Source: Basidiobolus meristosporus CBS 931.73
Lineage: Eukaryota; Fungi; Basidiobolomycota
NCBI GenBank assembly: GCA_002104905.1
Contig: MCFE01000030.1
Coordinates: 62,001-126,000, forward strand
Reading direction: 5' to 3'
Length of the DNA stretch: 64,000 nucleotides
Shown here: positions 1-12,096 of the stretch, piece after piece
Layout: each line of letters begins with the position of its first letter
How positions within the stretch are numbered: the first letter of the stretch is position 1
Translations under genes and position numbers: made by a program
The notes under the pieces: generated by a model
What the model was told of the DNA's origin: nothing
The model's database searches: none
Seen by the model: the letters and a program-made list of their open reading frames with translations, nothing else

Positions 1-875
1 TCTTTTCCAAGCAAACTGCCTGCGGGAATATGATTTCAATTCCAACTCGGCGCCATCTATGTTACCATCATAAAATATGGTAGCAAAAGCACGCCCGTCA
101 TAACTTGGCATATGGAGCGAGCTGTGTAGATATAGGCCAAAGAAACTAAAGCGCGTTTTCGCATCTCCGGAATACTGTCTGTTGGGTTGAAAAATACGAT
201 TGACTACTCGAGATACTTTAGCGTTGTCAGGCACACCAAGCTGCTGTATATCGTTGCCAGTAATCTTTTCAAATTCTTCGAGTACCTTATTCATTACGAT
301 GTGGTTTAGAGAAACAAATTTCTCGAGCTCTACGAATTTTGCGTAGCGATCTAGAAGACAAGTACGAATTCTTCGAGCTTTATCAGATGGTAGATCAGAC
401 CAATTATAGCCTTGTCTAGCAACTTCCTTCCCCTTGTTTGAGATTGTTGGCCTCATTCCTGGAATGGAATTCGTTGAAAATATACTCATTGGGCCAAAGA
501 GCGGTATAGCCTCGAATGGACCGATCTCAGACAGTAATTGTATTAGTTTTTCACTCAAAGAGGCTTTTGCTTTTTCATAGTAAATCATTGTTTTGATAAG
601 TTCTGATCCTAATACAGAGGTAAAGATGTTGGTGGCCCTTGTAGTATCACTGATCAGACTTGCGGTTTCCAAGTCTCGAATAGTAGCATCTTGCGAAGCA
701 ACTTCCTGCAACTGATCGAGAAGTGCTGTCAAATCAGAGTATCTAGCATTAGAAGCATAAAGGATAGTGTTAGAATTAGAAGGTGATATATGAATTATTT
801 GGAGCACAAATACGCCAAGTAGTGGTCTTGCCAGTCTGCTATAGAACAGAATTGCAACGAACTAGAAAATTCCAT
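1..875 (-). pseudogene. Decayed Pho87/Pho90/Pho91-type SPX-domain phosphate transporter gene (5' part; runs off the window)
   Basis: Manual minus-strand translation from ATG 875 gives MEFSSSLQFCSIADWQDHYLAYLCSK*FIYHL (in-frame TAA 797-795). Shifted frames then give FTSVLGSELIKTMIYYEK, RYAKFVELEKFVSLNHIVMNKVLEEFEKITG and FATIFYDGNIDGAELELKSYSRRQFAWKR. These match the SPX N-terminus, SPX helices and post-SPX linker of fungal Pho87/91 in order, with at least 3 frameshifts. Confidence 0.7.
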
Positions 876-2154
876 CACGATTCAGAGTTGGATAGGCCAG
901 CATGCGAGTACTCACCACATATTGCTCCGCTTTATATGCAGATCCATTCTGGTGTAGACTGTCGCACGATATCAGTTTTTGGAGATCCCATCTAAATACT
1001 TTATTATATATATAATGATAGCGGTCTAGTGCTATACGAAGATTAGGAACATTTAAAATACAGAATTCTTTGGTACAACTTTCCGTTTCCCATGCCGGTG
1101 GGAATATGTTAAGATCAGGAAATTCGCAATGATCAGGCAAACAATAGCTCATCATAGCTTTCCATTTGTATCGTAAGAGGATCATTTTGTCCATAAAATA
1201 CCTTTAGAAGTTGATATGTTTTCAACACCAATTCAGTTAGCTCTTCACCTCTACTCCAGACAATGCTGCTAGCTTTCTCATTGATAGTGTCAATATCCTG
1301 TATGGGTGTAGTTGTCGTGGATCCATCCCGTAGCCCACGAAGCAGGCCAGTCAAGCAAGTAGAGCGGGAGCAGTCCAGTGTAGCGTACACAGTAGTATTG
1401 GAGAGGTTCCGAGAAAGATTTGATTTACCAAAAATATGCTTTGTAGCCCAAGACGCTCCAACTGACATAGCAATTCCACTTTACTCTTTGCTTCAAAAAA
1501 CGGATCGAAGGTTTACTTTGAAAGGGAGGGTTTAGAATTAGTTGTAGATCGAAGACCTTGGAGCTTGACTTGTGTAGACTTAAATGTACTAGCTTTTGGC
1601 AACGTGAATATGAAACTACTGCTATGATTCAATACATCCATGGAGAAATACGGAGACAATGGATTTATAGGCAATTGCTCTGTGAAGATTAATCAACCCT
1701 GTTCAGTGAGTGGAGAATTTAACCTAATGTATTGATCACCTGGAACCTTACAGTGATAAGTCATTTGTTTTTGGTTTAATTTAGTTGGCGTCGGGTTTAT
1801 TCAAAAGAAGACCTAGGAGACTCCATTTTCCTATTTGACTCTCAGGGCCTGATCATATGGCAATTTGTTCACGTGCCATTTGTTTGATTCAAACGTAGCC
1901 GAATATGTGCAATATTCATCACTACGGATTGATGTAATGGAATAATACAAAGATGAAACAGATAAATAAACTACGCAAGATTTGAATCCACTCAACAATG
2001 ACATCGCGTGTTCAATTCGTTGATCCTGGTGTTTATATGGGCAAAGATTGAAGGTTCAGGTTGTAATATCAAAATTTCTGTCAATTTTATTTATAATTTC
2101 CAGAATACATGTTACTATCAGTGTTTGTGTCTTGACAAAACAATTCTACTGCAG

Positions 2155-3735
2155 TTAATTGGCCAGCATGATGGACTTGTAGTCAGTGAAGAAGTTAATG
2201 GCGTGCTCGCCTCCCTCACGGCCTAAACCAGAGGCCTTGATTCCACCAAAAGGCATGGCCATATCGCGAACCATCCAAGTATTGATCCAGACATTGCCGG
2301 TTCGTAGTTTCTCGGCCACCCTGCGAGCACGCTGGCCATTGAGTGACCACACTGATGCACTCAGACCATATCTAGTACCATTAGCAAGCTTAATAACTTC
2401 CTCCTCTTCATCGAATGGACAGATGGCTACAACTGGACCAAAGATTTCTTCCTGCATTACACGAGATTGAGGGCTTAATCCAGTGATCACTGTAGGCTTG
2501 ATGAAGTAGCCTCCTTCCAACTCCGTACCCTGAATAGTCTCTGGCTTTTCAATCCCACCGCACTCGATCTTCCCTCCTTCTTCTTCGGCCAACTTGATAT
2601 AGTAGATGATTTTATCGTATTGAGCCTTGTTTACTACGGGTCCCATGAATGTATCCTTTTTACTGGGGTCTCCAACCACAAGTCTCTGGGTTTCCTCGAT
2701 AAAGAGTTTGAGAAATTCGTCGTAGATAGACCGGTGGACAAACATGCGAGAGTTGCAGAGACAAATTTCGCCTTGATTAAGGAAGGCAGATTTAACGGAA
2801 ACAGGAACACAGCTTTGAAGGTTCACATCAGCAAAGACGATATTAGCATTCTTGCCTCCCAACTCCAAAGATGCCTTCTTAAATCCTCTTCCAGCAGCAT
2901 CATTGATTTTACGCCCAGTCTCGCATCCTCCAGTGAAGGAGATGGCCGCAACATCAGGGTGCTCAATCAACACTGAACCAGTACGTGAACCAGTACCAAA
3001 TACCATATTACAGACACCATCCGGAAGACCAGCTTCTTGCATTACCTCGCAAAGCACTGTATGTATATATTTTAGTTGCCATGAAATTGTTGAAGAATGC
3101 AAGAAGATACTAACTGTGGGCGGTGACGCTGGTGAACTCACTCGGCTTGCAAACTGCTGTGCAGCCTGCTGCAAGACAGGGGGCAATTTTCCAAACCAGC
3201 AAGTAAAGCGGGAAGTTCCACGGGCTAACCAAGGCACAAACCCCAGCTGGCATTCTTTGGGTATAACTCAAACTAACACCATCCATCAAGCTAACAGTCT
3301 CTTTGGTGTGGGTTATCAATGAAGCGAAGTACCGGAACATGGCTGCAGATTTAGGTACATCATTGTGAACTGCCATTGCCACAGGCTTCCCCTGATCCTT
3401 GGATTCTGCAGCGCCAAATAACTCGGCCTTGGCTTCAAGTAGATCCGCAATTCTCAATAGAATCTGTGACCGCTCCTGGCGAGGCCTGCTGGACCAAATG
3501 GGGAATGCATCAGAGGCAGCTGCTACGGCAGCATTTACGTCTTCTTCGCTTGAGTTAGCAACGTATGAGTATACCTAATGAATGGATCAGTCACCTGAAA
3601 AGCCAAAAATCATCCGAAGCATGTGATTACCTCCCCAGTACTGGGGTTGAAGTTGTCAATATACTCTCCTAATCGGGGAGCAACATACTGGCCATTGATA
3701 AAGTTGTTGATGCGAAAGGAGTTGTCGAGAACCAT
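2155..3735 (-). CDS. ALDH8A1: Aldehyde dehydrogenase, ALDH8A1-like (2-aminomuconate semialdehyde dehydrogenase family); 3 exons: 3735-3631, 3574-3115, 3056-2155
   Basis: Motifs PWNFP, CKPSE, FTGG, LELGGKN (catalytic Glu), NQGEICLC (catalytic Cys, as in ALDH8A1), EEIFGPV and PFGGIKASGLGREGG. GT-AG introns 3630-3575 and 3114-3057 join the ORF-track pieces in frame. Confidence 0.88.
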
Positions 3736-5429
3736 TGCAAATACGTGTAAGGTGAGAGCACGTAGTAGGATACAACTTAAATACATCTCCAAGCCATGCT
3801 GCTTGTGCACCTATGGTTTGAAATTGGATAATTTCAAATCACCAATTCCCTACTTCCTGAATGCTGTGTACCATATGTTCTAATCAAGATTGAACCTCGT
3901 ACTTCATCATCTTCAGTTCATCCATACAAGGTAGAGCACAGTGGTTGTATAATGACATTTCTTGATGTGAACATTTCAAAATTATCGTTTTGTGGCAATA
4001 TGGCCATTCATAGAACAATCATTGCCACACTGAGAGACCTGTGTCAATAGGTAACCTTGAAAAAAACCAACTGGTTTGTCTCGAACAATATGAGGTATTT
4101 CGTGACTCCACGTGTTTAGAGGTTACTTCAAAAGCCAGGCTCAATATATTGTGTGTCTCTATAGACATACAGTAGCAAATTCTGTAGAATAGAATGTAAA
4201 CGCCTTGTAAAATGTGGAAAACACCCTTCAAGATGAGCATGGTCAATTGAAATATTCGTTTGACCCTCTTATCATCAAGTTCAGGTATATCCAGGCTTTA
4301 GGTCTACCCACTGTTACTCAATCAGAACACAGCATGCCATTTTCATGGAATTCAAGTTCAGTGTTACATTAAGCAGGCTCTCAGTGGTAGGCCGAACATC
4401 GCATCCTCTTGCTCCGAACAATTCCTAATTGCGATACAACGCCTACAAGTTCATTAAGAAATTATCTCAAGATTGCGATCATCTCTTAGGGAAGTGTGAT
4501 TGCCAAAAATATCTGACCCGATGCTTCTGTTTGTTTGGAGGTCAAAGTGATGGATTCCGACCAATTTATTTTATTGTATTGCAAGAATGGCCTAGTACTA
4601 AAATTTATACATGTATGGCTGAGATCTCAAGCTATCACAAACACTCTCCATGGAGTTTGTCCGAGGACCGATTAGTAAAGATATGAAAAGCAATAATCGG
4701 CGAAGCATTTTATGGGAAACACAATTCTGCGTATAGCATGTGTCTTGCTTTTAATTATATGCCTTGTAGATAACTGGTGATTCTTAATACTTGAATTTTA
4801 TACTTCTATTCGTTTCACGTCATCCGGAATATGGCCAATGATGTATTCTCTACTTTCAACAGGCATCTGGCTGAGTTAGAGGGAACTGCTTTATTAACGG
4901 ATATTCAGGGTGTATTCTTGATGGAGTACTACAAAGGAATATAAGCCATCGACCATATGGCACTCCAATCTCAACATCATTGTACAACCAGCGGTTTCGA
5001 TCAAGGAAATTTGTTAGTATCGTTACTAATTTTAGAGCAAACTCGGCTATAGCCCCACAATCGACCACAATTATAGCATTTTGCGAGACGGCAAGAAAAA
5101 CCTTGGTATAGTGTTGCAATTTAGTCTCTAACTGGTCAGTTCATCTAATGAGGCTGGGGATCTTCCTCGGATACGTAGAAGTCGGAATCATCGCATGTTG
5201 ATCCGCATTAGTGTGACGTTTAAATGTCTGGCGGTAGTTGATAGGGAGGTAACAGTTGTTGGTGGTACTCAACCTGAAAAATGGACGATTCTATTTGCCT
5301 ACGGCATGCACCACTTACATAAATACTTGGAGTCTATCTGACACGAGTTTCACGCTGTATCCCATCTTCCGAAAGATTGGCCATAGTTCCTTGTTGCCAT
5401 TCGAAGCTTTACCTACAGTATCCACAATC

Positions 5430-6647
5430 ATGCCACTGTATCTTGATCGATTCTATGTAGCAATCTTGGCTTCAGTAGCAACGTCATGCATGATCAACGT
5501 CAGAATCCTGGTTGCTCGTCGCGCATTGCTCCGCACAAAAGCGGGTATAGCCCATCTGTTTTCCAACTTATTCGCCATTACAGCAGGGCTCATTCTATCC
5601 ATCAATGAAACCACCGGATTGAACATTGCTACACCGAACACCTGCATGCTTCAATTATCCTTCGGATGCGCATTTGTTCACCTCGCCAAACTGCTGAACC
5701 ATATTATACTCTTCTGGAGGTGTGAGGTGATTACACATCAACACATTGGAGTCCGGCTCGGATTCTCTTTGCTACTTTTATGCAAGTGTATGGCGGTGGG
5801 CTCCCATTGCGGCCTAATGCGCCCTTTTTACAATGAAATCGCCCGTCTCTGCCTTGATACTTTCGAGCCAGTATCGACTACTGCCACCTTTGTTCTAGAC
5901 ATGACAACAGATGCCACTCTTACAGGCCTATTTATGATCAAAATCTTCCAACATACCTCACAACTCCGAAAATTAGAGCGGCCGCAGTCCAATCAGCAGG
6001 TGGATACCTCTTCGCAGGCGTATCCTCCTGAACAAAGCATATCGATGAATCAGCTGTTTAAAGAATACCTGTACCAGGCTGTGCCTACCCTCCTTTTTTC
6101 GTTTTCTCTAAACGCCATTATTGTTTCCAACGTCCTGTTGGATTATACCTTGATCGTGGTTTACACCGATCTCATTGTTCAGCTTCGGTTGGCCAACGAT
6201 TTGTTGGTGTTAAACCGCTTGTCGGCTGGCGCGAGCAACTTTACCACTTACGGCTCTCACTCACATGGCCTCAAGATGACTTACGATCCCACGACACCGT
6301 CTTCCGAACCGAATCTGCTACTGCATAAAGAGGCGTTCGAAGCAAACTCGGGGATAAACGAGAATATCTTCGATGGCCTTGGAAAATCGAAGAGAGCAGA
6401 AGAAAGTTACGAGCTAGTCAATCGAAGAATTCTAGACGAGGAGCGCTCACGAAGCTTCTCAATACCGAGACGTGCTGATCAAACGTTTCCGTCCGCCTTA
6501 TCTCCGCCACCATTCAAACGGACAAACAAGGTGGATGAAGAAAAGGTTGGACTAACCCAAGCGCAACGTACTGCCTATAGAGACTCCCATGACGACAAAT
6601 CCGTCTCAGTGAGATATGAAGGTGAATCCAGTAATTCCACAACCTAA
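5430..6647 (+). CDS. Intronless 7-transmembrane, GPCR-like orphan membrane protein (~405 aa)
   Basis: Long ORF, first ATG at 5430. Seven hydrophobic stretches, Cys before TM3 and in the TM4-TM5 loop, a polar third loop and a long Ser/charged C-tail. Confidence 0.7.
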   Translation: MPLYLDRFYVAILASVATSCMINVRILVARRALLRTKAGIAHLFSNLFAITAGLILSINETTGLNIATPNTCMLQLSFGCAFVHLAKLLNHIILFWRCEVITHQHIGVRLGFSLLLLCKCMAVGSHCGLMRPFYNEIARLCLDTFEPVSTTATFVLDMTTDATLTGLFMIKIFQHTSQLRKLERPQSNQQVDTSSQAYPPEQSISMNQLFKEYLYQAVPTLLFSFSLNAIIVSNVLLDYTLIVVYTDLIVQLRLANDLLVLNRLSAGASNFTTYGSHSHGLKMTYDPTTPSSEPNLLLHKEAFEANSGINENIFDGLGKSKRAEESYELVNRRILDEERSRSFSIPRRADQTFPSALSPPPFKRTNKVDEEKVGLTQAQRTAYRDSHDDKSVSVRYEGESSNSTT

Positions 6648-7066
6648 CGATGCTCCTCTGAAGTAGAAGCATGCCTTTCATAAACTCTGATTGTGGACTC
6701 GCGAAGCGCTCCTGAGCCCTTCGCGTTGAACTGTATTGTAAATTTCCAATAAAATTGTATTCTTGCACCACTGTGGTTTGTTATTGGAATTCTGATGCCA
6801 TAAAGGAAATCCGCCACAATGCTTGTATTTGGCTCATTGGCGTGATAGATACATCGAGATTCACCATGCTGCGCCATGTGCTCGCTATCGACAAAAATTT
6901 GAGATTGAGCAAATACCAGTAGGGGCGTGATTTCGAGGATGGCTTCGTCTCCAAATTTCAATTTAATTTGTGATTTTGAGCCTCTCTTGAATCCCACCTT
7001 CCCGGTTTCTTGTACTTGTGCGACTTGGTTAAACCTTACGTTTGATTCATCCTTGAAGAATTTCGA

Positions 7067-10000
7067 ATGGGAGTTAAAGGCTTATGGGCTTTAATCGAAC
7101 CTGTAGCACGCCCCGTAAGGGTTGAAAGTTTAAGAAACAAGCGACTGGCGATCGATATCCTTTTATTTTCTTTTTGGAGCGTGCATTGTATCAAGGTGGT
7201 GTTGAATATACTTAACTCGAGATTTACATGCAAGTATATGGCTGCATCAATTTCTAAAGGCTATGCGCGATGCGGAGGGGAAAACTTTATCAAACGCGCA
7301 TATTCTTGGCTTCTTTAGGAGAATATGTAAACTGCTGTTTTTTAATATCAAACCTGTGTTTGTGTTTGATGGTGGGGCACCAACTTTAAAGCGCTCAACC
7401 ATCGTAAGTGATCAGACATAGAAGAGGGAATGAACCTCACGTATATTTTACTTATGACCGTTATGTGCGTGTATCTAGAGGGAGCGTAAGGAAAGAAAGG
7501 AGAGGACGACTAAAAATCTGCAGAAAACCGCCGAAAAATTGTTGTCCGCCCAATTAAGACTTCACGCTTTAAATCAGGTCAAAGATAAAGAGATATCACC
7601 TTCCCAGCAGGGGCTTACCAACATAGCCACAGCGGATGCGGGAAGAAGAAAAAGGGACGCGTACGAGCTTCCCGTTGTCGATACCGAATTCAGGTAATTC
7701 GCAATCCCTGTCGCTTTATATAGCTGACTTTAATTCTGTTTGTAAATGTGTCTCCTTTGAGAACAGAATTTCTGTCGAACAGGATAGGATGTTGGCATTA
7801 GAGGAGGGCGAAGATTATGTTATTCATGGAATCGATGTAGGTTTTCCAAGCTTATGCTAAATGGCACATTACATTCTCATACGTATTTCGTCTATTCTAG
7901 ACCGAAAATATTGATTTGGATTCGGAGGTCTTTACCTCTTTGCCCGTTGAAATCCAACAGGAAATCTTGCTTGACTTGAAAAATAAGAGTAGACAAACAT
8001 CCTGGAATCGATTGGAACATATGATTCGCTCTGCTACTATATCCTTTTGTTTTTTCGCGAGACGCGAATGGTCCACCATCACTACCAAATCTGACTTAAC
8101 TCTGTATTTACACCGCCTTTGATTTTTCGCAATTGCAAATCAAGAATCTTGTAAGGCGTAATGATTTGATGCAGCGGTTCTTAGAGTCTACTGGGGCTAC
8201 CAACAGGACATCTACTATAGTGAAAGGGAGAATTGCATCAGAAACCGATCGGGAATACGTATTGATTAGAAACGACGATGTTGCTGGTGGTTGGACAATG
8301 GGAATCAAGTCCAAAAAGCAAGACCCAAATGCTGGAACAAAAGAAACTCCAGTCAAACTGGATAGTTCTGATGAAGATGAAGATTTCGAAGAAGTCGAGA
8401 TCCCAGGGTAAGATATTCTTACGAAAACTGTCTCGCATCCAATTGCTTACCCAGTGCTGTTTGAAACAGTATTACCAAACCTAATTCAGTCAAGCCAACT
8501 GCAGAAGTTCCCTTCTTCAATAGCTCTTTGGAACCTTTACGTAGAACACAGGCCAGTAGCCTGGTGAATGATATGGGCTCTTATGTTGATGACGATGAAA
8601 GTATTGACGCTGTTATGGAAAGATTTAAAAAGCTAGAGGAGGCAACGTTAGTCGAGGGTAAGGAAGTACCCGGGCTCATCCCGTTACCATCAGAAGTGAA
8701 CAACGACTCTTCCAACGAGTGCTCTGAGAAATTGCCAGATCCATCGCTTTTCGTCAGCAAAGAACAAGTTTATGACTATTGGGTGAATCAGGCACCCCCA
8801 GAGTTTAAAGTAAACTTTCCACTGTACGAAATTCTTCTCAAAGAGGCTGTGTATGACTTCAGTGAAGAGGCTAGAAATAGTATTATTCTTTCGTTCACGA
8901 GAAAACTAGAAAAAACCTCAGATGATGGCGTTTCTCGAGACAAGGTTGTTGCGTATTCGTTCTACATAGCGTTTTGTCGATTTGTGAACGAATGGAAGAA
9001 TATATGGGAGCAGATGGTAGAAGAAGTGGATTTATCAGAAGAACCGCAAAGCACCCCGATGGATGACATCAAAACAGTAGCCGCAGTGCAAACCGAGCCA
9101 CAGACCAAAGAAAAGCTGTCAACACCGATTAAAAAGCAAAATTCCGCTGTCGATATTGAGCAGAGTAGTACTAGATTTGCATCTCAATTTGAATCATCCT
9201 ACGAAATCTATTCTTCTGATACGGAGAACAGTCTACAGCTTGAAGAAGAATCATTCAGCCTGCTATCACAGGAAAGCTACTCACTCAAACTAGACGACAT
9301 ATCTACCAAGACACCGAAGGTAGACGAAAACGATCTGGACCAGTTGTGCAATATCGACTTCAGCTCATCGTTCTTACAGCGCGATGCTGAGTTGAGACAA
9401 GAAACCGCTAAAGGCTCATCAAATACTGTAGCTCCGCTTAGAGACGCAAAGGCTGATACGAATGGTCAAAACCCATTTGTGAAAACCTCAAGAATTGCAT
9501 CCAAGTTCTTCAAGTCACCAGTTAATGAAGCCTCGAAATCTACTAGCAGCGATACAGAAATCAAGATCGAATCTGATCCCTACACAGAGAAGCTGCCAAC
9601 CAAGAATGAGTCGAGTATATTAGAGAGTTTGCCAAAGGAAGAGCTTACTGCCGCACGCTCAACTTTTGATGGTTCTACCGAGAGCCTTCAGTCTAGTAAG
9701 CCCAGTAGCCCCAGAATTGACGAAGGTCAAAATACAGCATTACATTCAATCGAGACTATGGATTCACTCAATACAGTATTATCCGCCGTAAAAGGCCGGC
9801 TGGATTCTCAAGAGCCTTTAGAACCTCTACTAAATTCTCCAGTTGGGATCACCGGTGATCTTTCGCCAGTAGTCTCAGCTTCGAACTCTCCGTCCATAAA
9901 GTCATTCTCGAGCCTTGCCAATGCCGACAATGAACTCTCACATTCACCAAAACAGAATGACCATCGAATGGGTAAGAGTGCTATTTCTTGACAGAATAAC

Positions 10001-11838
10001 GAATGAATTACTGACTGCAAGAATCTCCAACAGTGTCCAACGAAGAAACTGCATCCCCGATAGATGTGCAGAATTTGGTGACACCTATTAAGAGGAAGTC
10101 AGACCTGGCTCTTGATCTCACCACTCCAACATTCAGCAGAAGTCAAACTGAGCTTTCGTCCGGTCGATCTGAACAACCACTATATATCTCACCAGAAACG
10201 ATTAAGATTATATCAAGTGGAGGGTTATCAATGAGCAAACACTCACTATTTGATCATAGAAGCCAAGTAGATACATCACCTACGAAGTCTCGTAAGATTG
10301 TGAATGAGCCAGCAGATACGTCACCTACCAAGTCACACAACATCGAGAATGAGCCAGCAGATATGTCACCTACTAAGCCATGCAAGAACGGAAATGAGCC
10401 GGCAGAAACCAGCACTACGGAATTGTTCGATTCGGAAGATGAAGATGTAAGCACGCATCTGGACCAAGAGAATTCGGAATTTGCTCAATTCGTCTCGGCA
10501 TTGAAAAACAAAGACATCGACAGTGTCCATCGAGAATTAGAGAACGAAGTGCAAGAGTTGAATTCCCAAATCAAAAGGGGACAGAGAGATGTTAGCAATC
10601 CCAACAACAATATGATCGCCGATATCCAGGTGAGCGAATTTACGCGACAACTCATTTCAACTCAGTATTGACCAACAGGCAAACCTGTAGGACCTCTTGC
10701 GTCTCTTCGGTATTCCGTATGTAGTGGCACCTATGGAGGCGGAAGCCCAATGTGCAGAATTGCTGAAACTATCATTGGTTGACGGTGTTGTTACTGATGA
10801 TAGTGATGTATTTTTATTCGGAGCCACCAAGATTTATAGGAACATGTTCAATCAGGCCAAATTTGTTGAGTGTTATCAAAGCTCTGATTTGGAAAGAGAA
10901 ATGAAGTTGGATCAAGAGAAGCTTATATCGTTAGCTTACCTTCTGGGTAGCGATTACACTGAGGGTGTCTCAGGAATAGGCGTGGTTAATGCCATGGAGA
11001 TCCTAAACGAATGGTCTGGAGAAGAGGGTCTAGAAAGGTTCAGAGATTGGTGGAAAGATCTGACAAGCATTTCCACGGATTCGCCTGTCAGAAAGAAATT
11101 GGTTCGTAACGAGATCTCGGATTTTACCCTTACTACACGACAACGTTTCTGACCTTTTCTTCCAGCGAAACATTCTGAAGAAATGTTATATTCCGTCCTC
11201 ATTTCCTGATCGTAGAGTCCGAGAAGCCTACATAAATCCCATGGTAGATGACTCGGATCAAAAGTTCCAATGGGGCATACCGGATTTGGACGGACTCCGA
11301 GGGTGAGTCTTAGTTTAATGGAACGATCGCCAATTCACCAAAACCTGACTTCGTTGCTATATCTATATCTGCCCTTCAGATACATGCAGGACAAACTTAG
11401 GTGGCCAGAGTCAAAAACGGATGAAACGCTTATCCCAATAATCAAGAATATCAACCAGAGAAAAGTAGGTGGTTGAACTTGACTGCCGCAGTGGAATGCT
11501 AACAATTGACCTATGTTTAGGTGGAGGGCAACCAAACTACATTGGACGGATTTCTTGGACCGACCCCTGGGCGTACACCAACCCATAAGAGCGCACGTAT
11601 CAGAGATATTGTAAGCCAATGGGTCCAGGGCTCCCAAAATTCGGACACCAACACATCGCCAACGAAACGTGTGTTGGACTCGGATAGTACACCTGATGAA
11701 TCTGAGGAGGAAATGGAGGTTGTCCCTGTAGCAGAGCCACCAAAGACCCGTGGGCGCGGTAGAGGTAAGGGCCGGGGAAGAGGCACTCGTGGAGCAACCA
11801 AAACCAAGAAGGCCTTGACGCGACGAACCAGACAATAG
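7067..11838 (+). CDS. RAD2: XPG/Rad2 structure-specific endonuclease (multi-exon, includes two U12 introns)
   Basis: XPG-N: MGVKGLW...[13 protein letters not shown]...[14 protein letters not shown]-like [20 protein letters not shown]. Long acidic/Ser spacer. XPG-I: [20 protein letters not shown]...[10 protein letters not shown]...[10 protein letters not shown]-terminal QTTLDGF (PIP-like) and a basic RGRG tail. Confidence 0.95.
7155..7227 (+). other. U12-type AT-AC intron (RAD2 intron 1, 73 nt)
   Basis: 5' site ATATCCTTTT, branch TACTTAAC at 7209-7216, 3' end TTTAC. Removal gives G|AT GCA AGT ATA TGG, restoring LAIDASIW. Confidence 0.92.
8039..8111 (+). other. U12-type AT-AC intron (second in RAD2, 73 nt)
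   Basis: 5' site ATATCCTTTT, branch GACTTAAC at 8093-8100, 3' end TTTAC. Removal joins MIRSAT|[13 protein letters not shown] and links ORFs 7916 and 8133 in frame. Confidence 0.92.
10270..10413 (+). repeat. Coding tandem repeat, 45-bp unit x ~3.2, in the RAD2 spacer
   Basis: [15 protein letters not shown] / [15 protein letters not shown] / [15 protein letters not shown] / ETS; units start at 10270, 10315, 10360. Confidence 0.9.
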
Positions 11839-12096
11839 ATCAATTATATACGTTTGGTTTTGTATAGAGCTTTTTGATGATAGCATTCAGTTTTTACAAG
11901 TGGCATTAAGGGTACAACGAACATTCCTGATACTAGAAAATTTCTTCCGAGTTGAACCCTTTTCCGGACACCTTAAGTGTAAGCACTGATCGCGTCAAAC
12001 TTTTTCAATGTGACCTCACTACCCGTTACTACAGGAAAGCAAGCCTCTGCTTCTATCAGCAAAGCTGATAAAGCTGTATCATACCAAAACCATGAT

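Noticed and set aside
1133-1468. C-terminus resembling SET/MYND (SMYD) TPR-like tail
   Set aside because: Only one loosely similar helix and no SET motifs found upstream; left unassigned.
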